IMG/VR virus record: IMGVR_UViG_3300001528_000534
Location: 64,001-128,000 of that record
DNA from: a virus
Taxonomy: Duplodnaviria > Caudoviricetes
Direction: 5' to 3' (one strand)
Length of the DNA: 64,000 nucleotides
The notes below the pieces were generated by a model. It was not told where the DNA came from. It saw only the letters and a program-made list of their open reading frames with translations, and did no database searches. Position numbers and translations under genes: made by a program. The number at the start of each line of letters is the position of its first letter. The stretch's first letter is position 1. Positions 1 to 13,608 of this stretch are shown one piece after another.

Positions 1-3000
1 GCTACTGCAGGATAGATTGCTGCAAATGTTTTAGAAACGGCATCTGAAAAAGAAAACGCCAAGGCTATGAATGAAAGTGCTTAGGCAGCAGATAATTTAA
101 AGAAAAAAGAAGTTGCTGAAACAGTAGCAACAGAAGGACAAGCTGTTGCAAATAATGTTAATAAGACAGGTAAAATAATAGCTCAAGGTATGTCTAGCAC
201 TCTATCTACTATTTCTTCAATGATAAAAACAGCCATGAGTGCAGTTCCTGCTCAAGTAAAAGTAATATTAGTTGTTATTGCAGCAGCAGTAGCTACAATA
301 ACAACAATATATTCAGAATTTGAAAAAAGGGCGGAAGCTGCGAAGAAGAGAGCAGAGGAAGCTGCTGAGACCGCAAAAGCGCTTGGAGAAGCTTATGAAG
401 AAACTACAGAAAAATTAAATAATTTAAATGATGCTTTAGATTCTTATAAAGATTTTTAGAATGACTTAAAAGAATTGACTAAAGGAACCCAAGAGTGGAA
501 TAAAGCACTTGAAGATTCTAATAAACAAGTTTTAGAATTAATAGAAAATTATCCTTCTATTGCTGGTTAGGTAAAGAGAGGACAAAGCGGAGAATTAATT
601 CTTGATGAAGAAGCTCAAAATAAAATAGTTAAAGAGTAGGAATAGGAAGTTGCTTCTTCTTATAGAGCAAAACTTGCCGCAGATATTCAAGAAATATAGA
701 CTTAGGAAATTGCTACTAAAGTAGAGTTATAGCAAGAGATTTTTGGAGAAGTAAAGCTTCTTCCCCTTGATTGGGACTTTTCTGCGGATGATTTAGATAA
801 AATCGTTACTGCAGTAGAAGCAAATGGAAGTCAAGTGTTAGATGCTTCTAATGCTGCTAGTAGAGAAATTTTATCTTTAGCTGGTTTTACAGATGAACAA
901 ATTAATGCTATTTAGAATAATTCAGATAAAATTTTATCCGCAGTTGATTCTATTGATAACAATAAAATAGCAGTAGATTTATTAACTCAAGAAATTAGTA
1001 AAATTGATTTTGGAGAGAACGAAGGATATAGCAATTTAACAGAAGAAGAAAAAATTTTAGTTGATAAATTAGCAAATGCGGATGATAAATATAAGGCAGT
1101 AAATGGCGAATCGAATATTGAAGTTCTTGGAAGAACAGAAGGATTAGAGGATTCTCCAGCAATTTTAGCTAAGTTTTTTAAAGAAGCTTTAGAAGAATAG
1201 GGATATGAAGTAAAAGGCAGCAGTATAAAAAAAGATGGAGAAAAATTATCTTCATCAGAAAGAGATGACTTATTAGAACAATTAGCAGGAGAATATGTAT
1301 CTAAAAAATCTTAGGAAGAAAGACAATTAAATGCTGATACTTATATTTAGGCAGCTTAGGCTTTTTCTAAGAGTAATCCTTTATTGGCTTCTTATTTTGC
1401 AACAGGAAATCTTTCTAATACGCCATTTTCTTAGAATTCATAGGCATTAGAAGATGCTAACGAATATCTAAGAGGAGTCCGAGCCCTTGCTGCTAACTAT
1501 CAAAGTAAAAGAAATTATTTACTTTATGATAAAGAAAATTATCTCCGTGAACAAACATACAATGATTATTATGTTAATGAATAGAACATAAATAAATTAG
1601 CAGAGATTTATTAGAAACTCGAAGCAAGTGATGCAAAAGATAAAGATTTAATGTTATAGTTTGCGGCTGTTGCCAAAGGCGTTGATGTTAGTGAACTAAC
1701 AGATGAAGATAAGGTTAGGGTAAATTGGTCTCTTATTTCCGATTCATTTTCAGCGTTAGGGGCAGACAATTATAACATAGGAGCAGAATAGAGATTAGCT
1801 GAATATTCTGCTTTATCAGGTGTTGAATTAGATTCAGATGCTATTGTTGCTTCTATCCAAGAATTTTAGAATGAAGTAGATAACGCTCTAAAAGGTGGAC
1901 AAGAATTAAAAACTGCAGGTACTTCTCAATATGTTGACGAGCAGTATCAAAAGGCTTTAGATGTTTTTGGAGAAGGAAATCTTACTCTTGAACAATAGAA
2001 TTAGCTATAGGATAAAATTCAAAGTATTTGGGATGAAAGCTCTAATGAAGGCGTAGAAGCTTTAATGGCTTCTTTAGATACAGAAGACTTTGAAGCGGCA
2101 ATTAATTTTACTTATAATGGTAATGAAAATGCGGCAGAAGGATTATCTGAAGACCTTCAATAGAAATTAAAAGATTTAAAGGTATCAGAAGATGATTTTA
2201 TTAACCAAAAAGATTTCTTTGAATTTTAGGGTAAAAGTTATTCTGATGATGCTATTGCTAATTACCTTGCCGCACAAAAAGAATTAAATAAGATTTAGAC
2301 TGAATATTAGAAGAATCTTAAAGCAATGGCAAAAGATTCTTCTGTACCAGAGTTCTTTGAGAATTTAAAGAAGGATACTTCTGAATTTACTAGCGAAGAA
2401 ACAGAGTCATTCTTAAATATTAAAAAAGCAATGAGTGAATTGTTTGGACGCGATGTAAGTACAGAATGGGTACAAAATCATTTAGATTTAATTAAAGAGT
2501 TTGCGGTTGAAGGTAAAAATGTCACTGCAGAGTTAAATGCTGCAAAATTAGAGATGGACGAAATAACATAGGAAGATATGGAAGCTTCTTTAGCTGCGTC
2601 CGCGAGAACTAATTAGGTTAAATTAGGCGCTCGAGCTAGTGAGTATTTCATGTCAGACGTTGAAGAAGTTGCGGCATCTCTTGAATTTAATCAAGAATAG
2701 ACTAAAGCTTTGTTCCAAAAGTATGGATACTATTGGGATGAAAGTCAAAATTCTTATATATATTTAGGAAAAATAGAAGATAAATATACTTATAATGCTT
2801 CTGATAATCCGGAAGATAAAAAGTATACTATTGAAGATTTATAGAAATTACTTGGAAAAGAAACTTTCTCAGTAGAAGAAGCAGAGTCTTTAGGGTTTGT
2901 TTACCATACGGGGAACCGTGGAGAAGCGCCTTATTATACAAGAGAAACTTTATTTAGTGATTCTTTGAAAGTAGAAGTTTCAGAGGAAAATACTGAAACA

Positions 3001-6000
3001 AGCACTTATGAAGAATTGCTTAAAAAATTTGGACTTAAAGCTGGAGTAGCTGCTAATAAGATGCTCCAAGCGGCAGGTTGGGTTTTTGATAAAGATGGTA
3101 ATGCTACTCGAACAATTGATGAAACTATTAAAAACGGTAGCGTAAGTTTAGAATATACTTTTGACAGTGTTGAAGAAGCAATAAAACAATTAGGAGAAGA
3201 CTTTGAAAAGGCTCTTGAATCAGGCGGAGCAACTATAACAGATGATGGAAATGGACATTTTATAGCAACAATAAATGCAACTATTAGTGGTGAAGCTAGT
3301 GTAGTTGGAGAACAAGGTGCCGCAGAAGTTGATGAAGATACTTCTACTACTAAAAAAGATACAACAGATAAATTCCAAGATTTAAACGATTAGATAAGTA
3401 AATATGACGCTTAGCTTTCTCATTTATAGAAATTAGAAAAAGGATTAGTTGGAACCGCTTTAGCAGAAAATATATAGGAGCAAAATAAAGTTAGAGAAAA
3501 ACAAATTTCTTTAATTAAAGAAAAGATATCTTTAACTAAAACTGAATTGTCTTAGTAGAGAGAATAGTTAAAAGCTCAAGGTCTTACTTTTGACGCAGAA
3601 GGATATTTGACTAACGCCGCATAGGTACTTCAATCTCTTGAAAATACTGATGCTTATGATACATTATCAACTTCAATTTCCAATTATCGTTCATTATTAG
3701 AAAGTTTACCTGACCTTGAAGATTCTCTTATTGTAGAGACTCCTGAAATTGACCCTCTGTTTGAAGTAAATAATTTAGTAGATGAATATAATACAAAATT
3801 AAAAAGATTACAAGAGACACAGGAGAATTTCTCTGGTGAAGCTTTAGTTAATAATTTACAAGAATAGGTTGAGTTATATCAAGATTTAATAGACGCTTAG
3901 AAAACTATGTATGCTATTAGGTCTACAACATTAGGCGATAGTAGAGAAGTCTTAAAAGGTTATGGTTTTACATTTGATGAAAGTGGAAAATTATCTGGCG
4001 GATTGTCTGATACGAAGTTAACTGCGGAAGGTGAAAAGTAGTAGATTACACTCCAAGAACGTTTAGAAGAAATTGCCAACTCAGATAACATAGCTTTAAA
4101 AGAATCTTATAGCTCTATTATTTCTATATTACAAGAGTATATTAAAGATTATCAGGATTCTCTTGAATTACTTTGGACTATTGAAGACAATGCTAAAAAA
4201 CAAGGCGAAGCTATGGCGCAAGGAGCTCTTGTAGAAGTTTCCAAGGCGGCAGAAGATGCTAAAAAGAGTCTCGAAAAAGCGAATAAAGAATATGAGAAAA
4301 CTGGTACTGCAACAGAGCAAGCTGAAGGATTTACTTTAAAACATGCTTAGGCAGTTAAAGATGAATCAGATGCTTTAGGAGATTTAATTGCAAAACAAGA
4401 AGAGTATATTGCGAAATTAAAAGAAGAAGAGGAACTCTTAGCGAAGAGAGAAAAGAATACTTTTAATACTGATTTATCTAAGGCTGGGATATCTAATGTT
4501 CAGCTAACATTGGAAGACAATGGTACTTCTAATGTTCAAGAAGTTCAAAGTGCGATTGCAGAAGAAATAAAGAAGAGAGAGGAAGCCTTTGAAAAAGCTT
4601 CTGATGCGGAAAAAGAAAAATTACAAGAAGAGATTGAAATTCTATCTGCTTTAGCAGGAAGAGTTGAGACAATTAGTGAAAAATGGGAAAATGTTTCAAG
4701 CGAAATAGAAACTGCTACTAATAATTTAAATTCTTATAAAGATAGTGCTAGTGCGGCAGACTTATTAAAAGATGATTTAAACGTATATTATGAAGTTGAT
4801 AATGAATTAGAAGAAATTTCTGATGAATTAAGTCAATTGAAGAGTCAATAGAGCAATCTTGAAGGAGACGCTTTAATCGCTAATTTAAATGAACAAAAAG
4901 CTTTAATTGATAAAGAAATTGTTGCTCAAAAAGAAAAAATTAAATTAGCATAGAAAGTATTAAAAGAACGCCAAGCAGAATTAGAAACAATTTTAAAAAT
5001 CTATTTATTAGAAAAAGATATCGTTGCAGTTTTTGATGAAAAGACTGGCAAAATTTCTAATTATAATGAAATCTTAACTGCGGCATCTACTCTTAGTGAA
5101 GCACAATATAATGAAATTAAGAGTGCTATGGATTTAGTAAATTCTAATGCTGATTCATTAAGAGAACTTAATAATTCTTTAAAGAGTTTAGACAATGAAA
5201 AAGATAGTATTGATAAGAGTATTAAAGAAGCAATTAAAAAACAAAAAGAAAAAGCTAAGAAAGAACTTGAAAAGAAAGTTAAGTGGTTTAATTTACAAGT
5301 AGATGTTGAATTAGATATCTCTGATGCTAACCGCCGCCTTAATGATTTGAAGAAAAAAATTGAAGGCTTGAATGATAATGATATTCTTGGCAATGTAAGA
5401 AAGAATTTTGAAAATTATCAAAGTTATTTTAAAGGTAATGCAGGCTCTTATTTTGGAGCAGGCGATACAGGAGCTATTACTGGTTTAACTTCTCATTTAA
5501 ATGCTATCATGTCTGAAATTAATACAATGCAAGCAGGTGGCACTTCTGGACTATATGGAACAGATTAGGAAAGCGCTTTTGAAGATTTATATAAATATAG
5601 AGATTCTTTAATGAGTTAGCTTGAAGCAGTACAATAGTTAAAAGAAGAAATCAAACAAGCTTATACAGAAATGTTAAATAAGTTTGCAGACAAAGTAAAT
5701 GATATCCTTGATGGTTATAAACAAATAAATGAAATTATTGACCATAACATTAATTTAATTAAATTAACGCAAGGTGAAAATGCATTTGCTGCTATTGGAA
5801 ACTGGTATGGTTAGAAAATAGAGAATGATAAGCAAACTCTCGCTTAGGCTAAAAAGGAAGCTGATTATTGGAAAAAAGCAATGGCTTCCGCCCAAAAAGG
5901 TTCAGAAGAATGGGAGAAATATTATGAAGAATATAGCAGTGCAATTTCTGACTTAAATTCTTTATTAGAATCTTCAATTTAGGATGCTCTTGATTAGTAT

Positions 6001-7821
6001 AATAATTTAATTTCTAAAGCTATGGCAGAATTAAATGCTAAATTAAGTGGCGGTTACAATCTTGATTATTTAGATGAAGATTGGGAACATGCAACAGATA
6101 TGGCAGACCGTTATTTAGATAAATTAAATAAAGCTTATGAAGTTACAACTCTAAGGAATAAGGTTGATAAATCTCTTAGTGACATGGATGATTTAGCTGC
6201 TTAGAAAAAACTACGAGACGTAATGGATGAATAGCTTAAAATATTAGAAAACAAAGAGTATCTAACACAATATGACGTAGATAGAGCGAATAAAATTTAT
6301 GAATTGACATTAAAACAAATTGCTTTAGAAGAAGCTCAGAATAATAAATCTAAAATGAGATTAAGGAGAGATTCTCAGGGCAATTACAGATATGAATATG
6401 TAGCTGATACAGAAGATATTGCTGATAAACAACAAGATTTACTTGATGCTCAAAATGATTTATATAATTTTGATAAAGAGAGATATATCTCTACTCTTGA
6501 CGAAGCTAATTAGGCTTATCGTAAATATACAGAAAGACGAATTGAAATTTTAAATAGCACCACTTATACAGAACAAGAAAAAACTTATTTATTAGACTAG
6601 TTAGATAAAGATTTTCGTGAAAGTCAATTAGGTAGATTAGAAGATTTATAGACAGCAGAACAGAATACAATGCAATCTGCCAATGATTTAAGTTAGCGGT
6701 TATTACAAGAGCAAGTAGATAATTTAGCAGAATTAATTCCTCAAGCTGGTTCTACTACTGCTGAATTTGTCCATAATATTTTGGATGGAGAAGGTGGAAT
6801 TAATAGTTCAATATCAGCAACTTTTGATATGCTGGATAACGAAGCTAAAAGATTGCAGGATACTATTGCAGATTTAGCTAATTCCGCAGGTGTTAATTTA
6901 GATACTCTTGCGAGTGGGTTTGACCCTGTTATAGATAATGTAAGAGATTTAATTAAAGAAAATGAAAATTTAGCGAGGTAGTACGAACAAGAATTGAATT
7001 CTATTGGAGCAGTTATTGCTTAGTTAGAAGCTTTAGAATAGCAATATAATGCTGTATATTAGGCAGCTTTAAAAACAATTGAAATAGCAAATCAATTAAG
7101 ACAATAGTAGACAAAAGATGATGATGATAGCACTACAACTAAAACAACTAATAAAGCAGCTAATAACAAAGCAAATACTTCCCAATCTTCAACAGATGCT
7201 ACTAAAGAAGATACGAATAAATCTAATAAATAGCATTAGAAACGAGTTGTGTATCATAATGGTAGTTTATACTTCTTATCCACAGATAAACCGGATGCGA
7301 AAGAAAAAGCTTATCTTAAAAAAATGGGTTAGGATTGGAAAATTCTTAATATGAATGGATATTAGACTTCTGGTTCTAAATTAATTAATACTACTACTAA
7401 AAAAGCTGTTGATGGATATCAAGCTAGTTGGTATACTTTTAAAGGATTTAATACAGGTGGATACACTGGAGATTGGAACTCTAACGAAGGAAAATTAGCA
7501 GTATTACACTAGAAAGAACTTGTTTTAAATCAAAAAGATACACAGAATATTCTTTCTGCTGTTGAAGCAGTAAGGAAATTATCAGACAGTTCTACTTCTA
7601 ATTTGGCATCATTCTTAACGAAGAGAGAAATGATTCAGGATTCTCAGTCTATAACCCAAATCTTAAAGCAAATAGCAGAAAATATAAAATCTAATGAATT
7701 ATAGTAGAATGTAAAAATTGAAGCGAACTTCCCAGATGTTAAAAATGCGGATGAAATTAAAAATGCTTTCAATAATTTAATAAATATAGCAAGTATGCAC
7801 GCAAATTCTACTAGAAGGTAA
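1..7821 (+). CDS. Tail tape measure protein (5'-truncated, >2600 aa, TAG read as Gln)
   Basis: All frame-1 ORF fragments (190, 2326, 2965, 4510, 5128, 6022, 6304, 6781) share a frame and are separated by TAG; the frame closes at TAA 7819-7821. Ala/Glu/Lys-rich coiled coil, hydrophobic stretch near 260-310, C-terminal FNTGGYTGDWNSNEGKLAVLHQKELVLN motif typical of tape measure proteins. Confidence 0.9.
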
Positions 7822-7828
7822 CATAATT

Positions 7829-7868
7829 AAAGAGCTAATTGATAATATATCAATTAGCTCTTTTTTTT
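7829..7868 (+). terminator. Rho-independent terminator after the tape measure gene
   Basis: aaagagctaattgata...tatcaattagctcttt inverted repeat followed by a T-run. Confidence 0.85.
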
Positions 7869-7945
7869 CGGTATAAATTGTTTAATTTTTTTGCAATATT
7901 TTTTATATTAATTAATAGAAGAGAGTTAAAAGGAGAGAATTAATC

Positions 7946-10900
7946 TTGAAGAGTATAGAAAATCAAATTTGCGAAGCTATTGAAATCATAGCTAAAAATG
8001 AAGTTTCAAATGCTAATTTTGATAAAACTATTACCGCAGAAATTATTGAGCAGTATGATTTAACAAAAGGTTAGTATAAAGTAAAATATTAGAATAGCAC
8101 TTTTTTTGCTTTTTCAGAGGATTTAAATAAAATTTATCCTTTAAATGAATTAGTTTATATTTTAGTCCCTAGTAATGATTTTTCAAAAACTAAGAAAATT
8201 ATAGGTCTTGTTTATAACACAACTTTAGATATTAATTCTCCAAATTCTACTAAAGATAAATATGAAGAATTAGGTCCAGATTGTATTTTAGATGAGGATA
8301 AAGAATATAATTTATGTTCTTACAATTCTAAAGATACTAATAACAATCCTGTATATTTTTCAAAGACTGTTTATGAAAAAAATGGCTCTTATAATCAATT
8401 TACTATTGATGAAATTGAATTAGCAGAACAGCTAAAAGAAGCTACACATTTGTTATTAGGTGCGACTATTAAAACTAATTTACCTATTGAATAGCAAATT
8501 AATGGTAATTATGGTATTAAATTAACTTTAAGTGTTTTAGATGGGCAAAACAATAGAAAAGATGTTTCTTGTGTTTTAAATACTGATAAGATGACTGGTA
8601 ATCCATATAAAATGATTACTAAGACAAGATAGACAATTGCTTTTGAATTAAATAATTATACTTCGATAAGTATAAAAGAAATAGAATTGTTTGTAGAGAA
8701 GTTCCCCGGCTAGCGGATAGACCCTGTAATCAATGATATTTTCATTTCTGATTTAACATTACAAGGAGCTAGACTGTTAGACAGCGAAGAATTAAATTCT
8801 TATTATTTAAGTGTTTATGCCCCTCAAGGGTCTTATTTTGGTGGCGGCAATGATACAAAAGAGCTTTCTCTTAAAGCAGAATTTAAAATTAAAGGAAAGA
8901 CAGTATCTCCAGAATCTTATAAAATTAATTTTTATTGGTTTAAAGAAAATCCCAGCGTAACAACAGAATCTCCTTATTATTGTTCTTTAGGGGGTTAGGG
9001 CTGGGAATGTTTAAATGAAAAAAAAGAAACAGTTTTAGATTCCGCAACAGGAGAAATTCTTACTTAGTGGCAAGCTGGTAGCGATACTTTTATCATAAAA
9101 AAATCAGATGTGATTACTAAAGAATTAAAGTATAAATGCGTTGCAGTTTATGGAGAGTCTCCTTTTGAAAGAACTAAATTAATATTAAATTTTGATGCAA
9201 ATTATGAAATTATATTGAACTCTTCCGAAGGAACTACTTTTTATATGGATAAAGGTATAACTACACTTAGTTGTATTGTAAGAGAAAAAGGAATTGAAGT
9301 ACCCGAAGAAGAATGTACTTTTAGCTGGTATTCAACCTCTCCCAATGCTGGATATACAATAGAAAAGATATCTAAAGAAAATAGCTATTTAGTAGATATT
9401 TCAAATTATACCTCTTATGTAGAATTTAAATGCGCAGTTTTTAGAAATAATAATTATTTAGGCTATGGTATGATAAAGTTGCTTAATTTATTAGAATCGC
9501 CGCCTTAGAATTATACTTTATCTATTGTTAATGGAACTTAGATTTTTAAATATAATACAGAAGGTTTAAGTCCTTTTACTGTATCTTAGGACAAGATAGA
9601 TTTAGCTATTGATAAAGAAGCTCCCGCGTTAACTTTTAATATTTTTGATAATAAAACTGGAGCTACTATTACAGAGGAAAGTTTTAAAGAAAAATCTTCT
9701 TCTGTAACATGGTATATTCCAAAAGAAAATACTATGTTATCTATTGAAAAAAGTTTATTAAATCCAGAAGAAATTAAAATTAATGGATTATCTTATTATA
9801 AAGTAATTGGCACTTCTTTAAAATATTCTATTGCTAATAGTTTTAATAGATATAATGATAATAATACTATATAGCTCGAAGTAAAATATGACGGAGAAAT
9901 TCTTAAATAGACAACTTCTTTTTTATTTGTTAAAGAAGGAGATAATGGAACAAATGGAACAAATTATGTATGTAAAATTGTTCCTATGGGTTATCCTGAG
10001 TTGGGAAGCAAAAACGAGGCTTTAGACATTCCTTTTATTGTAAATAGAAAAGCTTTAGATTATGGGTGGTATTATCCTCTTAATATTTAGAATAAAAATA
10101 ATCCTAATTGGTTTGATATTGAAATTTGGAGAGATGGAGAAAAAATTACTTTTTCAAATGAGGAAGCCCCTACTGTTAAATGGTCTTTAATGGAATCTTT
10201 AGGCATTAATGCAGACAAAAGAAATACTTATTATCATGTAACAGATAATTAGTTTTATTTATCACCTTTTTCTACTTCTGCAACAGAATTTAAAGAAGAC
10301 GTTCCAAGTTATGACAATATTACTAAAGTTGAAGTTTCTTTAACAGAGCAGGATATTTAGAGCGGAACTTCTCAAGAAAAAATATTATATGCAACTTTAC
10401 CTGTTGGGGCTATTTATAATGCAGGAAGTAATAGTATATAGCTAATTAGAAATAGCGGTTTTAGATATGTAGTATATGAGAGTGATGGCACTAGACCTTC
10501 TTATAACAGTTAGAATCCTTTTGAAGTAAGAATGTTAGATGATTAGGGTAAAGACATCACAGAAAATTATCATTATTATTGGAGCATTGAAGGTGGATAC
10601 ACTGATTTAAAGGGCGATTATGTTAAGTCTAATGATTTAATTTTAAGAAAAGTTGGTACCATTGCCCCTAAAACTGAAAATAATGATAATGAACTATATG
10701 AAAATCAAGCTAACGTTTAGCCTGCATAGGCTTACAATGGTTTAAGTGTATCTAATGCTGTTGTATGCCGAGTATGTGTAAAGATAGAAGAGAATAAACC
10801 TGAATATGACCCAGATTTATTAGTAAGTGCTATCAGAATACCTATTCATTCTTATATTAACAGATTTGGTCATGCCGCAATTAATGGCTGGGATGGAAAT

Positions 10901-12853
10901 ACTGTTTAGATAGATGAAGAAGGCGGCATTGTATTAGCTCCATAGATAGGTGCTGGTTCAAAAAATGAAAATAATCAATTCACAGGTATTCTTATGGGAG
11001 AAGCTATCTTAAATAAATAGCATAAAAATGGATTGATTGGTTTCCATGAAGGAGAATAGTCTATTTTCTTAGATGCGGAGACTGGTGCCGCATCTTTTGG
11101 TAAACAGGGAAATGGACAAATTATTTTAGACCCCTCAAAAGAAGAAGCAATTATAAAATCTGGAAATTATGATACTTCTAATAAAAGAGAAGGTATGGCT
11201 ATTAATTTATCAGAGCCTTCTATTAGATATGGTAATGGAAACTTCTCTGTGGATGCTAATGGTATCTTATCTTGTAAAGGAGCAACAGTAAGTGGAAATT
11301 TCTTTATTAATGCAGGAGATAATTCTGCTTCTTTTACAGATTCTGATATGTATATTCATTTTATTGGCGGAGACCCTAAAATGGAAACTTTCATCGCGCC
11401 CGGATTCTTCTCCTTTAAAGAAGTGGACCCGAGTGGAGTTGATGGAAAGGCTTACGGTATTTGGTGGGATGGCAGTAGCGGTTCTGAAAGTGGATTAAAT
11501 ATTAGAGGTAATTTTTCTACTTCTTTTACGGAAGCCGCATATAAAGATGATGATACTGATTAGAAAGAACCTTATTAGACTGGAAAAGGATATGTTTATT
11601 TTGGTTCTAATGGCGGAATGCTTATTTCTTATGAGAATGATGATGTAACAACAGATGATGAAACTCATGTCTCTTGTAATTTAACACCTACTTCTTTTTC
11701 TTTTATGAAGGAATGGAAAGAGCCGGGTGAATATGGTCTTATGGAAGACTAGTCTTCTGGTATTAGATTCGATGTCGATTCTGGCTTGGAGGTCATTGGT
11801 AAAATTACCGCTAAATCGGGTGAAATTGGTGGATGGCTGATAGAAGATGATTCGATTTCTGCCAAAAATGGTACTATGATTATCCATAGTGACGGTAGAA
11901 TTTCAGGACTCTCTAGCTCAGATGGCGGAGGAAATCTTTCTGGTTCAATGTTTTCTGTTGGTTCTTCTTATAAAACAGGACTAAGAGATGGTGGCTTATA
12001 CATCTATGGAGCGGCAGGCATTAGTTCTTCTGAATATAATAAAATTTCTAAAAATGAAGAACAGGCTAAAAAAGAAGCTGATAAAAATGGATATACCGCA
12101 CCTGAAAGTACAATATTTAAAAATGGAAATGATGCTTTTAAATGGGGCATGAGAGGTGTTTTAGATGTCTATGAATATGCAGATTATGGTCCCGGTGTGC
12201 GATTAAGTTCTAAGAACCCCGGTTATAAAATGGAAACAGAAGAAGGAGAAGAAATCAAGGTTGATACACCTATTTACTTTTGCGTAGATGGAAAAATAGC
12301 TATGATTTTATAGTCTAGTAATGATGATGACCCTGATACTTTACCTGATGAAAGCAAATAGCGCTTATTTTTCCCTTATTCTATTACAAATTATTAGAAA
12401 AATCCTGATGGTTCTTATGTATTAGACGCAGACGGTAATAAATAGGTAGAAAATATTGAACAAAAAGAAGGTACTACTTTAGATAGAAATCAAGTTTACT
12501 CAAACGATTTCGTTTTCTTAAAAGAAGATTTAAAAACAAATGCTTAGACAGCAGTTTCCGCAATTAATGAACTTGCTTCTGTACCCAAAAAAGCTTAGTA
12601 TAAGAAAGGAACAGGAGAATATGATACTATAAAAGAATATTATGATGTTGTTAAAAAAGAAAAGCAAGAAGACGGTAGCATTAAAGAAGTAAAAGCAGAA
12701 GAAATTTATGAATATCATATTGGTGTCGTTAATCGAGACGAAGAAGATGAAGAAGTTACTTATATTGAACGTCAAGAAATTAAAGATGAAGAAGGAAATA
12801 TAATTGTTAAAGGTTTTAAAATGGCTTTAGAAGGATTCTTTACAGGAATATAA
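7946..12853 (+). CDS. Large tail/baseplate-associated structural protein (~1635 aa, code 15)
   Basis: AAGGAG RBS then TTG start (MKSIENQICEAIEIIAK). Frame-2 fragments 9110, 11195 and 11786 join via TAG; stop TAA 12851-12853. Gly-rich beta segments (GNFSVDANGILSCKGATVSG; GKITAKSGEIGGW) typical of tail spike/fibre proteins; follows the tape measure gene. Confidence 0.75.
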
Positions 12854-12869
12854 AGGAGATTAACCTATT

Positions 12870-13058
12870 ATGAAAACAGTAAATGAAATAGCTATAAAAA
12901 CAGATGAAGGATTTGAAGGTCCTTATCCAATAGGCACTTCTGATAAATATGTTAACTGTACTTTTAATAACGAGAAAGTAACATTAAATGCCGCATTGGG
13001 AGATATTCAAAAATAGATAAATGAAGTAAAAATTCAATGGACGGATATAGGGGTCTAA
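12870..13058 (+). CDS. Small hypothetical protein (62 aa, one TAG)
   Basis: AAGGAG RBS, ATG 12870, MKTVNEIAIKTDEGFEGPYPIG...IQWTDIGV, TAA. Confidence 0.7.
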
Positions 13059-13111
13059 AAGAAATAATTTGTTCTTCTATAAAATCATATATATAGAAGG
13101 AGCGTGAAAAT

Positions 13112-13579
13112 ATGGAGCTAATACAACAATATTCAGTTTCAGAAATAATTATTATGTTAATTCTTTTGGCGGCAGCTTTAAAAGGATTAATTAATTTTTA
13201 TGATTGGGCAAAAGAAAAAATATTAAAGATTTTTCACAAAGAACAAAAAAAAGAAGAAGAAAAGCAAGATATTGAAAAAACATTATCTGAGCATGATGAA
13301 AGAATGAAAAGCCTTATGAAAGGTTAGGATAATCTTAATACTCAGATACAATCACTAATGGAAAAAATAAATTTATTAATAGAATCAGACAGAGATGATA
13401 TAAAATCTTGGATTACTGAAAAACATCATTTTTATTGCTTTCATTAGAAATGGATTGATGACTATAGTTTAGACTGTCTTGAAAAACGTTTTGCGCATTA
13501 TGAGCAAGAGAATGGAAATTCTTTTGTAGAAGGGTTAATGAAAGATTTAAGGTCTTTACCACGTTAGCCAAAAGAATAA
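13112..13579 (+). CDS. Single-TM coiled-coil membrane protein, holin-like (155 aa, code 15)
   Basis: N-terminal hydrophobic helix (IIIMLILLAAALKGLINFY), coiled coil, then ESDRDDIKSWITEKHHFYC...DCLEKRFAHYEQENGNSFVEGLM. Continues through TAGs to TAA 13577. Holin function is inferred only. Confidence 0.6.
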
Positions 13580-13608
13580 TAGAATAAGAGATAAAGGAGA
13601 TAAAAGAA

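Noticed and set aside
5061-5393. Antisense and alternate-frame ORFs in the track (e.g. 5061-, 7118+, 11292+, 12530-, 14664-, 24273+, 36199+, 44293+, 50158+, 56718+, 60381+, 62363-)
   Set aside because: Shadow ORFs overlapping well-supported genes, with no RBS or recognisable motifs.
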